From the NCBI GenBank assembly GCA_040386535.1, contig JAZKFH010000015.1:284800-348799 (forward strand): DNA of 64,000 bases, written 5' to 3'. Below the pieces are notes generated by a model. The model ran no database searches and was not told where the DNA came from. It saw nothing but the letters and a program-made list of their open reading frames with translations. Of the stretch, positions 28,867-38,795 are shown one piece after another. Position numbers and translations under genes: made by a program. This stretch comes from Myxococcota bacterium. GTDB taxonomy: Bacteria > Myxococcota_A > UBA796 > SXON01. The first letter of the stretch is position 1. The number at the start of each line of letters is the position of its first letter.

Positions 28867-30483
28867 ATGGCGTACACCCCCTCGCTCGACCCCGCGCTCT
28901 ACACCACCGCGGGCGGCTCCGTCGACCAGAAGTACATGGACCAGATGGCGGGCCAGGATCGCACGCCCGTCGCGACAGATACGCGCTTGCCGCGGGTCAC
29001 GTTGGTGGTCGGGCCCTCCCCGTTCTCCATGCCGCGCGGCTGGGAGTTCTTCCTCACCTCGCCCTACGAGGGCGTGTCCTACATCGCGACCGTGCTGCAC
29101 AACGCCGGGTACCCCGTCCGCATCGTCGACGTGCGGTACGACCTCGATCCGCTTCGCTCCGCCTACGAGCAGGTGATCGACGGGACCGACGTGCTGGGCC
29201 TCGCCACCTACGAGGACTGCTACCCCTTCCTCGAGTCCCTCATCGCAAAGGTAAAGGAAGATCGCCCGAAGATGCCCGTCATCCTCGGCGGCTCCCTCGT
29301 CACGTCCGTGCCGCACGTGTTCATGCGCGAGACCAAGGCCGACGTGGCCGTCATCTCCGAGGGGGAGATCACCATCCTCGAGGTGATGGAGGCCTTCACC
29401 GCCGGTGCCTGGGCGCTGCGCCTGCCGGACATCAAGGGCATCTGGTACCGCGATCAGCTCGGCCAGGTGCACAAGAACCTGCCCCGCGGGCAGATGGCGA
29501 ACCTCAACTCGCTCCCCAAGATGCGGCTCGACCTCTGGCCGCAGTCCAAGTCCCCGATGGGGCTCCAGCCGCAGATCATCGCGAGCTACTCGCGCGGCTG
29601 CAAGATGGACTGCTCGTTCTGCTACCGCACGACCCCGCAAGAGCGCGTGAAGTCGCCCGAGAAGCTCAACGAGGAGCTGGCCTTCTACAAGAAGACCTAC
29701 AACACCGACTTCATCTTCTTCGTAGACCTGACGTTCACGGCCCACAAGAAGCAGACCCTCGAGTATTGCGAGGTCATCGGCCAGCACGACATCGGCTGGA
29801 CCTGCCTGACCCGCAACGCCGACGTGGATCCCGAGCGGCTCACCGCGATGAAGAAGTCCGGCTGTGACATCGCGCTCTACGGCGTCGAGACGCTCACGCC
29901 CGACGCGCTCAAGGAGGCCCGCAAGGGCTCCACCGAGAACATCGTCATCCGCGCGATGAAGCAGAGCTGGGACGCCGGCGTGCGCTACGGCGGCCTCACC
30001 ATCGTCGGCCTGCCCGGCGAGACCGAGGAGAGCCTCGACCACATGTGCAAGTGGGCTGAGGAGCACCGCCACATCACCCGCGTGAAGTACCTCTCCGCCA
30101 TGCCCGGCACGACCGTGTACCAGCAGGGCCTGCAGGACGGGCACATCAAGTCGGAGACCGAGCACCTCAACTGGCTCGCGGTCGAGCAGGCGTTGGAGCG
30201 GGACGAGTTCCTCAACTACAACAACCTGCCCGACTCCGTGATGCGCCAGGCCTACAAGCGCATCTACGACAGCTACCAGCCCGGCCCGGTCATGGGGTTC
30301 AAGCACTACCCCGAGCACTTCGCCTACTTCGACCCCGACGCCACCCGCGACTGGCGCGCGGCCTACAGCTCCGCGGGCGCGCACCTCGTGCCCGGCACCG
30401 AGCAGTTCCAGGGTTTGCACCCGGCGAGCGAGGGCATCACGCTCACGAACGTCCGCGCGTCCGAGCACCTCGCGCAGGTGTGA
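28867..30483 (+). CDS. B12-binding radical SAM protein
   Basis: N-terminal cobalamin-binding-like domain (SYIATVL..GY.V, VILGG, SEGE); SRGCKMDCSFC; GVET; IVGLPGET. Confidence 0.93.
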   Translation: MAYTPSLDPALYTTAGGSVDQKYMDQMAGQDRTPVATDTRLPRVTLVVGPSPFSMPRGWEFFLTSPYEGVSYIATVLHNAGYPVRIVDVRYDLDPLRSAYEQVIDGTDVLGLATYEDCYPFLESLIAKVKEDRPKMPVILGGSLVTSVPHVFMRETKADVAVISEGEITILEVMEAFTAGAWALRLPDIKGIWYRDQLGQVHKNLPRGQMANLNSLPKMRLDLWPQSKSPMGLQPQIIASYSRGCKMDCSFCYRTTPQERVKSPEKLNEELAFYKKTYNTDFIFFVDLTFTAHKKQTLEYCEVIGQHDIGWTCLTRNADVDPERLTAMKKSGCDIALYGVETLTPDALKEARKGSTENIVIRAMKQSWDAGVRYGGLTIVGLPGETEESLDHMCKWAEEHRHITRVKYLSAMPGTTVYQQGLQDGHIKSETEHLNWLAVEQALERDEFLNYNNLPDSVMRQAYKRIYDSYQPGPVMGFKHYPEHFAYFDPDATRDWRAAYSSAGAHLVPGTEQFQGLHPASEGITLTNVRASEHLAQV

Positions 30484-30713
30484 TGCGTCGGTGAGCGGTG
30501 GGGAGTGAGCGGGGCGCCCCGCCACGCGCGGACGCGTGGCGTCGGTCGTCCTTCGGGGTCGCGCTCACGCGCTCCGTTCGCGTCGCCCCGTCCGGGGCGG
30601 GCGGAACCGCCGGCGCGGCGCCGGCGCCCTTCGGATGACCTGGCGCGGCCGGTTCGTCGTGCACGGTCGCGCACGGGCCGCCAGCGGGGTACCGTTCCGC
30701 CCCCGAGGAACCG

Positions 30714-31016
30714 ATGGAAGAACAGACCCCGCCTCCGAACCCCCTGGCCATCGCCTCCGTCATCCTCGGCGCCCTCTCGTGCCTGACGGCGTGTTTCTGT
30801 TGCTACGGCTTCCCGTTCAACCTGATCGGGCTCGTGCTGGGAGTCGTCGCCCTCACCCAGGTCAACGCGGATCCCACGCAGGGCGGCAAGAAGCTCGCCC
30901 AGATCGGGATCGGCCTGAGCGTGTTCAGCGTCGTGATGGTCATCGGCATGGTCGTGCTGAGCATGTTCCTGGGCGTCGGGTTCGGCCTGATGGGCGCGGT
31001 GCTCGACAACATGTAG
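30714..31016 (+). CDS. Small membrane protein (DUF4190-like)
   Basis: GAGGA RBS; AIASVILG..CFCC..LVLGVVAL..GKKLAQIGIGL. Confidence 0.8.
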   Translation: MEEQTPPPNPLAIASVILGALSCLTACFCCYGFPFNLIGLVLGVVALTQVNADPTQGGKKLAQIGIGLSVFSVVMVIGMVVLSMFLGVGFGLMGAVLDNM

Positions 31017-31075
31017 GGAGCGGGGCGGGGGACGTCGCGTACGCCGATCCCCGTTCTGGCGTATCCTCGGCCGCG

Positions 31076-31948
31076 ATGCCCGATCCCGTCCGCTCCGCCC
31101 CCGCCCATCCGCTCGCGCTCGCCGCCGCCGCGCTCATCCTGCTGAACGACTTCGGCCTCCGGGGGCACGCGCCCGGGTGGCTCACGGGCAAGTTGTCCGA
31201 CGTCGGGTGGCTCGTGGTGGCGCCGGTCCTGATCGCGGCGCTCCTCGCGCGCATCGTTGGCCCGCGGCGCGCGAAGGCTGCCGCCATCGGCCTCGCCGGT
31301 GGCTTCTACATCGTGTTGCAGGTCTGGGCGCCGCTGGGCGCGTGGTTCCGGCCCGATCACGTGGCGGACCTCGAGGATCTGCTCGTGTTGCCCGCGCTCC
31401 TCGGTGCCCTGTACACGTGGCGTCCGGACGCGCGCCGCGCGTCGCCGCGCTGGGCCTCGCGGCTCGCGGTGCCCGGGCTCGCGGCCGTGCTCCTCGCCGA
31501 CGACACCCACCTGGGCAACGCCGGCTCGGCCCCCTGCCGGGAGGACATGGAGTGGGATGCCGCCGAGCCTCTCCGCTTCCGATCGAACCCGGCGCGCGAA
31601 GCCCCGGTCGACACGGACGGCTTCGCGCGCGGCGTGCACCTCCGGGATGAGAGCGGTGCCGAGGTGCCGTTCGTGCTCGCCGCCTCCGGATCCACCGCGC
31701 TCCTCTGCGCACGCGACGGCCTGCGCGGCGACACCGACTACACCTGGCAGATCGGGCCCTGGACGGAGGAGCAGAGCAACGAGCGCCGGTTCCAGGACGG
31801 AGGGCTCCCGACCGTGCTCTTCCACACCCTCCCCGGCGACGGCCCGCCCGTCGCCGACGCGGCCGCTTGCGCCGCCCTCCAGACCGACTTCAGGGACGCC
31901 TACGAGGTGTGCAACGACCGGGACACCGGCGCCCGGAGCGGCTCGTGA
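31076..31948 (+). CDS. Membrane protein with soluble C-terminal domain, unknown function
   Basis: HP..LLND..GWLTGKLSD..DLEDL N-terminal TM module. Confidence 0.7.
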   Translation: MPDPVRSAPAHPLALAAAALILLNDFGLRGHAPGWLTGKLSDVGWLVVAPVLIAALLARIVGPRRAKAAAIGLAGGFYIVLQVWAPLGAWFRPDHVADLEDLLVLPALLGALYTWRPDARRASPRWASRLAVPGLAAVLLADDTHLGNAGSAPCREDMEWDAAEPLRFRSNPAREAPVDTDGFARGVHLRDESGAEVPFVLAASGSTALLCARDGLRGDTDYTWQIGPWTEEQSNERRFQDGGLPTVLFHTLPGDGPPVADAAACAALQTDFRDAYEVCNDRDTGARSGS

Positions 31949-32736
31949 TCCTCCTGTGTGCCGCCCTGTTCTCCTCCGTCCTGCCTGCGCAGGAGCTCGT
32001 CGACGAGTCGGCGCTCCCCACGTTGCGCACGCCCCGGGAGGCCATGCCCCGCCACGGCACGGCCGCCTTCCGGGTCTCCATCCCCGCGGGCCCCCCGAGC
32101 GTCTCGACCCGACTGGCGTTCGTCCAGGACTTCGACGGCGCGTCCATCGTAGAGCTGACGCTCCGCGGCGGCTATGCGTGGCGGTCCTTCGGGTTGGCGG
32201 TCGAGGTGGCCGGCACCGCCGGCGTGAGCGACCAGTGGGCCGGAGCGGGGCTCGGCAACACCGTGATCGACGCCCGTGGCCTCTTCGGCGGCGCCGTGAC
32301 GCACGCGATGGGCCTCCGAACCATCCTTCCCACGGGCGACCGCGGCGGCGGCCACGGCCCGGTCGGGTGGTGGGGCACCGTGCCGGACGCCACGGTCCCG
32401 ATGACGAGCGTGTCGATGGTATACGAAGGTGCGTCCCCGCGGTTCGTCTGGCACGTCCGTATCGGGCTCCGCTGGTCCCCGTGGGGCTTCCAGTCCACGG
32501 ATCAGCGCATCGACGCGGGCGTAGGCCTCGGGATGCTCCAGCCGCTCACCGAGCGGTGGAAGCTGGTGCTGGAGGGAGAGGTGATGAACAGCGAGAGCCC
32601 GATCCACGTCCGCGGCCTCGGGCGCCTGGATTTGGGTCACGGCTGGGAGGCCGACCTGGGGCTCGCTGTGCCCGTCGTCGCGTTCGTGCGAGACCCAACG
32701 CTCCAGGTCGTCGGACGGGTCGAGCGGAGCTGGTGA
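31945..32736 (+). CDS. Secreted hypothetical protein, probable beta-barrel
   Basis: GTGA overlap; signal peptide; amphipathic strands; terminal Trp. Confidence 0.6.
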   Translation: MILLCAALFSSVLPAQELVDESALPTLRTPREAMPRHGTAAFRVSIPAGPPSVSTRLAFVQDFDGASIVELTLRGGYAWRSFGLAVEVAGTAGVSDQWAGAGLGNTVIDARGLFGGAVTHAMGLRTILPTGDRGGGHGPVGWWGTVPDATVPMTSVSMVYEGASPRFVWHVRIGLRWSPWGFQSTDQRIDAGVGLGMLQPLTERWKLVLEGEVMNSESPIHVRGLGRLDLGHGWEADLGLAVPVVAFVRDPTLQVVGRVERSW

Positions 32737-32870
32737 CCTTCCGGGATCGGGAGCCCTTCAGCTCCAGTTGGCTCCGGTGCCGTTGGCCGCTGGGGCGGGG
32801 GCGCCCCCTCTGCGGCGTGTGTTTGCGTGCCGACCAGGATGTGGCATCCTGTCCGCCTTTCGAGGCTCCC

Positions 32871-33503
32871 ATGACCCTGCTCGCCCTGCTTCTTGCCGCC
32901 TGCACCGCTGACGCGGACAAGGCCGACACCGCCGAGACCGACACGGATACCGACACCGACACGGACACCGACACGGACACCAACACCGACGGCCTCGCCC
33001 TCGAGGACATCGTCGGCGCCTGGACGACCGGGTGCTACAACTCGGGCGGCGGCTACTACTCGGTGAACCTGCTCGACATCTCCAGCGGCGAGGTGTCGTA
33101 CCACTACACGCAGTACCCGGGCGACGCGACGTGTACGGTCGCGTCCGTGACCTCCGCGGAGACCCTCGACCGCTCCTGGACCCTCGGGTCCGAGCTCGCC
33201 ATCGGCTACGCCCTCGACGAGGTGCGCGAGTCGGCGATCTTCACGCTCCACACCCAGGACATCGTCGACGCCTGGAACGCCGGCTCGGGCTGCGGGCCGT
33301 TCGCCGTGGGGGTCCCGGTCGACGTGTCGGGCACGACGTGCTGGGGCTTCTGGCAGCCCGAGGCGGGCGGCACCATCTACAACGTCGCCTCGCTCTCCGC
33401 CGACGGCGTCACCCTCGCCCTCGGCGAACCGGCGAGCGGCGACATGCGCACGGAGGCCACGCGGCCCACCGCGCTACAGGCGGTGACGTACCAGCGCCGG
33501 TAG
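32871..33503 (+). CDS. Lipoprotein with Asp-Thr repeat linker
   Basis: Lipobox LLLAAC, (DT)n tract, GAWTTGC domain start. Confidence 0.8.
   Translation: MTLLALLLAACTADADKADTAETDTDTDTDTDTDTDTNTDGLALEDIVGAWTTGCYNSGGGYYSVNLLDISSGEVSYHYTQYPGDATCTVASVTSAETLDRSWTLGSELAIGYALDEVRESAIFTLHTQDIVDAWNAGSGCGPFAVGVPVDVSGTTCWGFWQPEAGGTIYNVASLSADGVTLALGEPASGDMRTEATRPTALQAVTYQRR
32937..32990 (+). repeat. Coding hexamer repeat encoding (DT)n
   Basis: Tandem GACACC/GACACG units. Confidence 0.85.
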
Positions 33504-33519
33504 GGCGCGGGGGGGGCGC

Positions 33520-33547
33520 GACGCGTGCGCGGAAGCGTACGCGCGTC
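33520..33547. terminator. Hairpin between convergent genes, possible terminator
   Basis: CGCGTGCGC-GGAA-GCGTACGCG stem-loop; no U tract. Confidence 0.3.
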
Positions 33548-33558
33548 ACGACCCTGAT

Positions 33559-35052
<1,494 letters not shown>

Positions 35053-35126
35053 TGGAAATACACCGGCGATTCGGCAGTATACATAGGCGGCTGCTTCAGG
35101 CGGCGGGCACGGCCGGGGTGCGCCCG

Positions 35127-35606
35127 TCAGCCGCAGTCGATGTCCTCGCCCCCGGCGCCACACGCCGCCTCGCAGCTCTCCGCCGCGGGCGCCTCGCACA
35201 CCTCGGTCGACACGACGGCGCCGGCGCAGGTCTGCTCCTCGACGTCGCTCTTGTAGAGGTTCGGGTAGGTGGCGAACCGCTGCACGGCGCACTCGTCCGC
35301 GCCGTCGGTGTGGATCACGAGCACCTCGTGGGTCTCGCCGCCGTCGCCGTTCGCGGAGACGATCTCGAGGACGGCGGGGGAACATGCGACGAGCGCGTCG
35401 GCGAAACACTGGTTCGCGGCGGCGGAGGCTTCATCGTCGGCGTCGCACTCACGCAGATCCATGACGCCGCAATCCTCGGCGTCGACGATGTCGTGGGCGG
35501 TCTGGAAATCGAGGACGACCTCGTCGAGGGTGGGGGCGGTGACACAAGCGGCCAGGAGGATGAACGCGAGGGGAAACAGACGCACGGGGCGCTCCAGGTG
35601 TGCCAT
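35127..35606 (-). CDS. Cys-rich acidic lipoprotein
   Basis: Lipobox ILLAAC; about 10 further Cys; start may be the GTG a few codons downstream. Confidence 0.7.
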   Translation of the reverse strand: MAHLERPVRLFPLAFILLAACVTAPTLDEVVLDFQTAHDIVDAEDCGVMDLRECDADDEASAAANQCFADALVACSPAVLEIVSANGDGGETHEVLVIHTDGADECAVQRFATYPNLYKSDVEEQTCAGAVVSTEVCEAPAAESCEAACGAGGEDIDCG

Positions 35607-35654
35607 GGAGCAATGCAGGATGTGTGCCAGGGCTCGGGATGAACCCCCACGCCG

Positions 35655-35978
35655 CTACGGCGCATGCCCACGGAGCAGGCGCTCGACGAGGCGGTCGCGT
35701 ACCTCTACGAGCGGCCCGGGATCGAGCCCGTAGGAGCGCGCGAGGGCCTCGACCGGGAGCTCGCCGAGCAGCCACGCGAGGGAAGGCGGGCTGAAGCCAC
35801 CGTCCTTCTCGCCGGCCTGGGTGATGGCGAGATCCAGGTCGCCCCCGTCGTCGAGCAGGGCGCCCACGTCGACCAGATCGCGGATCGCGGACCGGCCGAC
35901 GAGCGCGGTCAGCTTGTTGACGAGGATCTCGTGCTTCGAATCGACCAGGATGCCCGGCGCCACCTCCACGGCGGGAGC
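35655..35978 (-). pseudogene. C-terminal fragment of an AbiEii/AbiGii-type nucleotidyltransferase toxin
   Basis: ILVDSKHEILVNKLTALVGRSAIRDLVDV..KDGGFSP; N-terminal GGTAL/RxSxDLD catalytic region absent. Confidence 0.7.
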
Positions 35979-36217
35979 CCCAGGTAGCGCTCCACCCGGG
36001 GCCAGAGGGCCCGCATCCGCTCGGGGGAGGCGAGCGTGAGCGCATCGTCGGGCTTCGCCTACCGCATCGTGGTGCCGAGCCAGTAGGCGGCCACGTCGAG
36101 GTCGTCGCTCTCCAGGCGCTCGCGCAGCTCGGCCAGCGTCAGGTCGTTGTCCCAGAGGAAGGACGGGCGCCCCTGTGCGTCGCAGAGCTTCTCGACGGGG
36201 GTGGGGTTCAGGCGCAT
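35979..36217 (-). pseudogene. Disrupted small antitoxin-like gene upstream of the AbiEii fragment
   Basis: MRLNPTPVEKLCDAQGRPSFLWDNDLTLAELRERL..AYWLGTTMR*AKPDDA..WPRVERYLG; in-frame TAG at 36059-36061; joined out of frame to the toxin fragment. Confidence 0.65.
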
Positions 36218-36340
36218 GGGCGTGGAAGATATCCGGCCCCGACCGCCGCACGGTCGCCGCCGCGCGGTGCCGACCGGATTTGATCGGGGACGGCGCTGCC
36301 CGCACGCTGTACGCTACGGCCCCGCTTTCCCCGCGAGACC

Positions 36341-36853
36341 ATGAACGCGCCCAAGATCCCCGACGCGCCACCCTCCGCTCCGCACGCCAGCGCCGCGCCG
36401 CACGCCGGGCAGCACGCGCCGAACCCCGAGCTGCGCGACACGCGAACCCACGAGAACCTGCGCGCTGCCTTCGCCGTCGACGCGCAGGCCGTCCGCATGT
36501 GGGAGTACTTCGGCCGCATCGCCGAGATCGAGGGCTACCCCGACGTGGCGCGCACCTTCCGCGAGCTGGCGGAGTCGCAGGCGGTCAACGCGCACGGCCA
36601 CCTCGACTTCCTCATGCGCGCCGGCGAGCCCCTCGTGGGCCTCCCGCTCGGTGAGACCGCGCAGAACGTGCGCGCCGCCGTGGCGGTGCAGCAGCACGAC
36701 GCCGCCGACGTGCTCCCGGACATGGCCCGCACCGCGCGCGCCGAGGGCTTCATGGACATCGCGAGCTGGTTCGACACGATGGTGCGCTCGCGCAAGCACC
36801 ACGAGGGCCGGCTCACCGCGGCGCTCGCGGGCCTCAAGGGGAGCGCCTCGTGA
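36341..36853 (+). CDS. Rubrerythrin-fold protein with substituted di-iron ligands
   Basis: T.ENLRAAFA..A...YF...A..EGY.DVA..FR..AE....AHGHL; P.MARTARAEGF..IA.WF scaffold. Confidence 0.85.
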   Translation: MNAPKIPDAPPSAPHASAAPHAGQHAPNPELRDTRTHENLRAAFAVDAQAVRMWEYFGRIAEIEGYPDVARTFRELAESQAVNAHGHLDFLMRAGEPLVGLPLGETAQNVRAAVAVQQHDAADVLPDMARTARAEGFMDIASWFDTMVRSRKHHEGRLTAALAGLKGSAS

Positions 36854-38793
36854 CCCAACGATATGACGCCTCCTCCATCACCGTGCTCGAAGGCCTGGAG
36901 CCCGTCCGGCGCCGCCCCGCGATGTACATCGGCTCCACCGGCCCCGGCGGCGTGTTCAACCTCGTGGTCGAGGTGGTCCAGAACGCGGTCGACGAGGCGC
37001 TCGCGGGCCACTGCACCGCCATCGATGTGACCGTGCATGACGACGGATCGGTAGAGGTCGAGGACAACGGCCGCGGCATCCCCGTCGACGATCTTCCCAG
37101 CGGGCGCTCCGCCGCCGAGGTGGTGCTCACGACGCTGCACGCGGGCGGCAAGTTCGGCACCGGCGCCTACCACGCGGCCGGCGGCCTGCACGGCGTGGGC
37201 GTGTCCTGCGTCAACGCGCTCTCCGCATGGCTGGTCCTCTCGGTCGAGCGGGACGGCGGCGCCTGGCGGGCCCGCTTCGAGCGGGGCGAGGTCGTGGAGC
37301 CGCTCGTGCGCCTCGCGGCCCACTCCGAGGGCCACGGAACGCGCATCCACTTCGCGCCGGATCCCGTCATCTTCCCCGACTCCATCGTGCCCCACGAGCG
37401 GCTCTGCGCCTGGCTGCACGCACAGGCGTTCCTCAACGAGGGGCTCTCCATCCGCTACGAGAACCGGCTGGCCGGGGTCACCGAGTCGTGGGCCTACGCC
37501 TCGGGCGTGGCGGGCTTCGTCACCTGGCTCAACCGCGCGCGCGAGGCCGTGCACGCCGAGCCCGCGCACCTGCGTGGCGAAGGGAAGGGGATCCAGGTCG
37601 ACGTCGCGTTGCAATGGACGCACGCCTACGCGGAGGACGTGCAGGCCTACGTGAACGGCGTGCACACGCCCCAGGGCGGCACCCACGTGGAGGGCCTGCG
37701 CGCCGCGCTCACCCAGTCCATCAACGCCCACGCCGCCAGCGCGCACCTGCTCGACGGCGCCGAGTCCATCGCCGGCTACGACCTGCGCGAGGGCCTCACC
37801 GCCGTGCTCTCCGTGCGCATGGCCGAGCCCGAGTTCGAGGGGCAGACCAAGGCCGTCCTGACCACGCCGGCGGCGACCGCGGTGGTGGAGCACGTGGTCG
37901 CGCAGGCGCTCTCGGCCTGGCTCTCCAGCCACCCCGCCGAGGCCGCCGCCATCGTCGGCCGCGCGGTCGAGGCCTCCCGTGCCCGCGCCGCCGCCCGTCG
38001 CGCCAGCGAGCGCGCTCGCTACCAGCGCGTCGATCTCGACTTCTCCCGCGACGTGTACCGCGAGCAGTTCGGCATCCGCTCGTCCAACTGGCACGCCTCG
38101 GCGCGCTGGATCACGGACGACGCGATCCTGTCGGAGCACGCCGCCCACTGCAAGGTCGCGCCCGACGCCAAGGTGCTCGACGTGTGCTGCGGCAGCGGGG
38201 TTGTCGGCAACGCGTTCCGCGGGAAGGTCGGCCACATCACGGGCCTCGACCTGACCCCGGAGATGGTGAAGCTCTCCCGCACGCGCCTGGACGAGGTCGT
38301 ACAGGGAGACGTGTACAACATCCCGTTCCCCGAGGCCTCCTTCGATCTGGTGTGCAACCGCGAGGTGCTCCACCTGTTGCCGAACCCCGAGCGCCCGGTG
38401 TCCGAGGTGTTCCGGGTGCTCAAGCCGGGCGGCCAGTTCATCGTCGGCCAGTGGGTGCCCTTCTCCGAGGTCGACGCCGCCTGGATGTTCCGCATCGTGA
38501 AGAAGAAGCAGCCGCTCTTCTTCAACAACCTGATGGAGGCCGACCTGACCGCCCTCCTGACGAACGCGGGCTTCCAGGATCTGCAGGTGACCGAGGTGCT
38601 CCAGTGGGAGGACATCGACACCTGGATCGACACGTGGGAGACCTCGGTCATCCACCGCCACCAGATCCGCGACCTGTACCACCACGCGCCCGCCGAGGTC
38701 CGCGCCGTCCACCCCTTCGAGATCGCGCCCGACGGGCGGATCACCGATTGTTGGCGGTGGGTCGTGGTGTCGGGGTTCAAGCCGGCGGGGTAG
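36850..38793 (+). CDS. GyrB-like GHKL ATPase + transducer fused to a class I SAM methyltransferase (no TOPRIM)
   Basis: aa 1-390: YDASSITVLEGLEPVRRRPAMYIG, EVVQNAVDE, DNGRGIP, LHAGGKF, GGLHGVGVSCVNALS, GGTH, FEGQTK; aa 391-647: VLDVCCGSG, GLDLTPEM, PFPEASFDLV, RVLKPGG. Confidence 0.9.
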   Translation: MTQRYDASSITVLEGLEPVRRRPAMYIGSTGPGGVFNLVVEVVQNAVDEALAGHCTAIDVTVHDDGSVEVEDNGRGIPVDDLPSGRSAAEVVLTTLHAGGKFGTGAYHAAGGLHGVGVSCVNALSAWLVLSVERDGGAWRARFERGEVVEPLVRLAAHSEGHGTRIHFAPDPVIFPDSIVPHERLCAWLHAQAFLNEGLSIRYENRLAGVTESWAYASGVAGFVTWLNRAREAVHAEPAHLRGEGKGIQVDVALQWTHAYAEDVQAYVNGVHTPQGGTHVEGLRAALTQSINAHAASAHLLDGAESIAGYDLREGLTAVLSVRMAEPEFEGQTKAVLTTPAATAVVEHVVAQALSAWLSSHPAEAAAIVGRAVEASRARAAARRASERARYQRVDLDFSRDVYREQFGIRSSNWHASARWITDDAILSEHAAHCKVAPDAKVLDVCCGSGVVGNAFRGKVGHITGLDLTPEMVKLSRTRLDEVVQGDVYNIPFPEASFDLVCNREVLHLLPNPERPVSEVFRVLKPGGQFIVGQWVPFSEVDAAWMFRIVKKKQPLFFNNLMEADLTALLTNAGFQDLQVTEVLQWEDIDTWIDTWETSVIHRHQIRDLYHHAPAEVRAVHPFEIAPDGRITDCWRWVVVSGFKPAG

Positions 38794-38795
38794 CC

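Noticed and set aside
36059..36061. Stop-codon readthrough or recoding of TAG
   Set aside because: TAG terminates many genes in this window and the locus also carries a deletion, so pseudogenisation is simpler
36850..38793. Housekeeping gyrB/parE
   Set aside because: No TOPRIM or C-terminal GyrB domain, so it cannot be a topoisomerase subunit; symbol withheld
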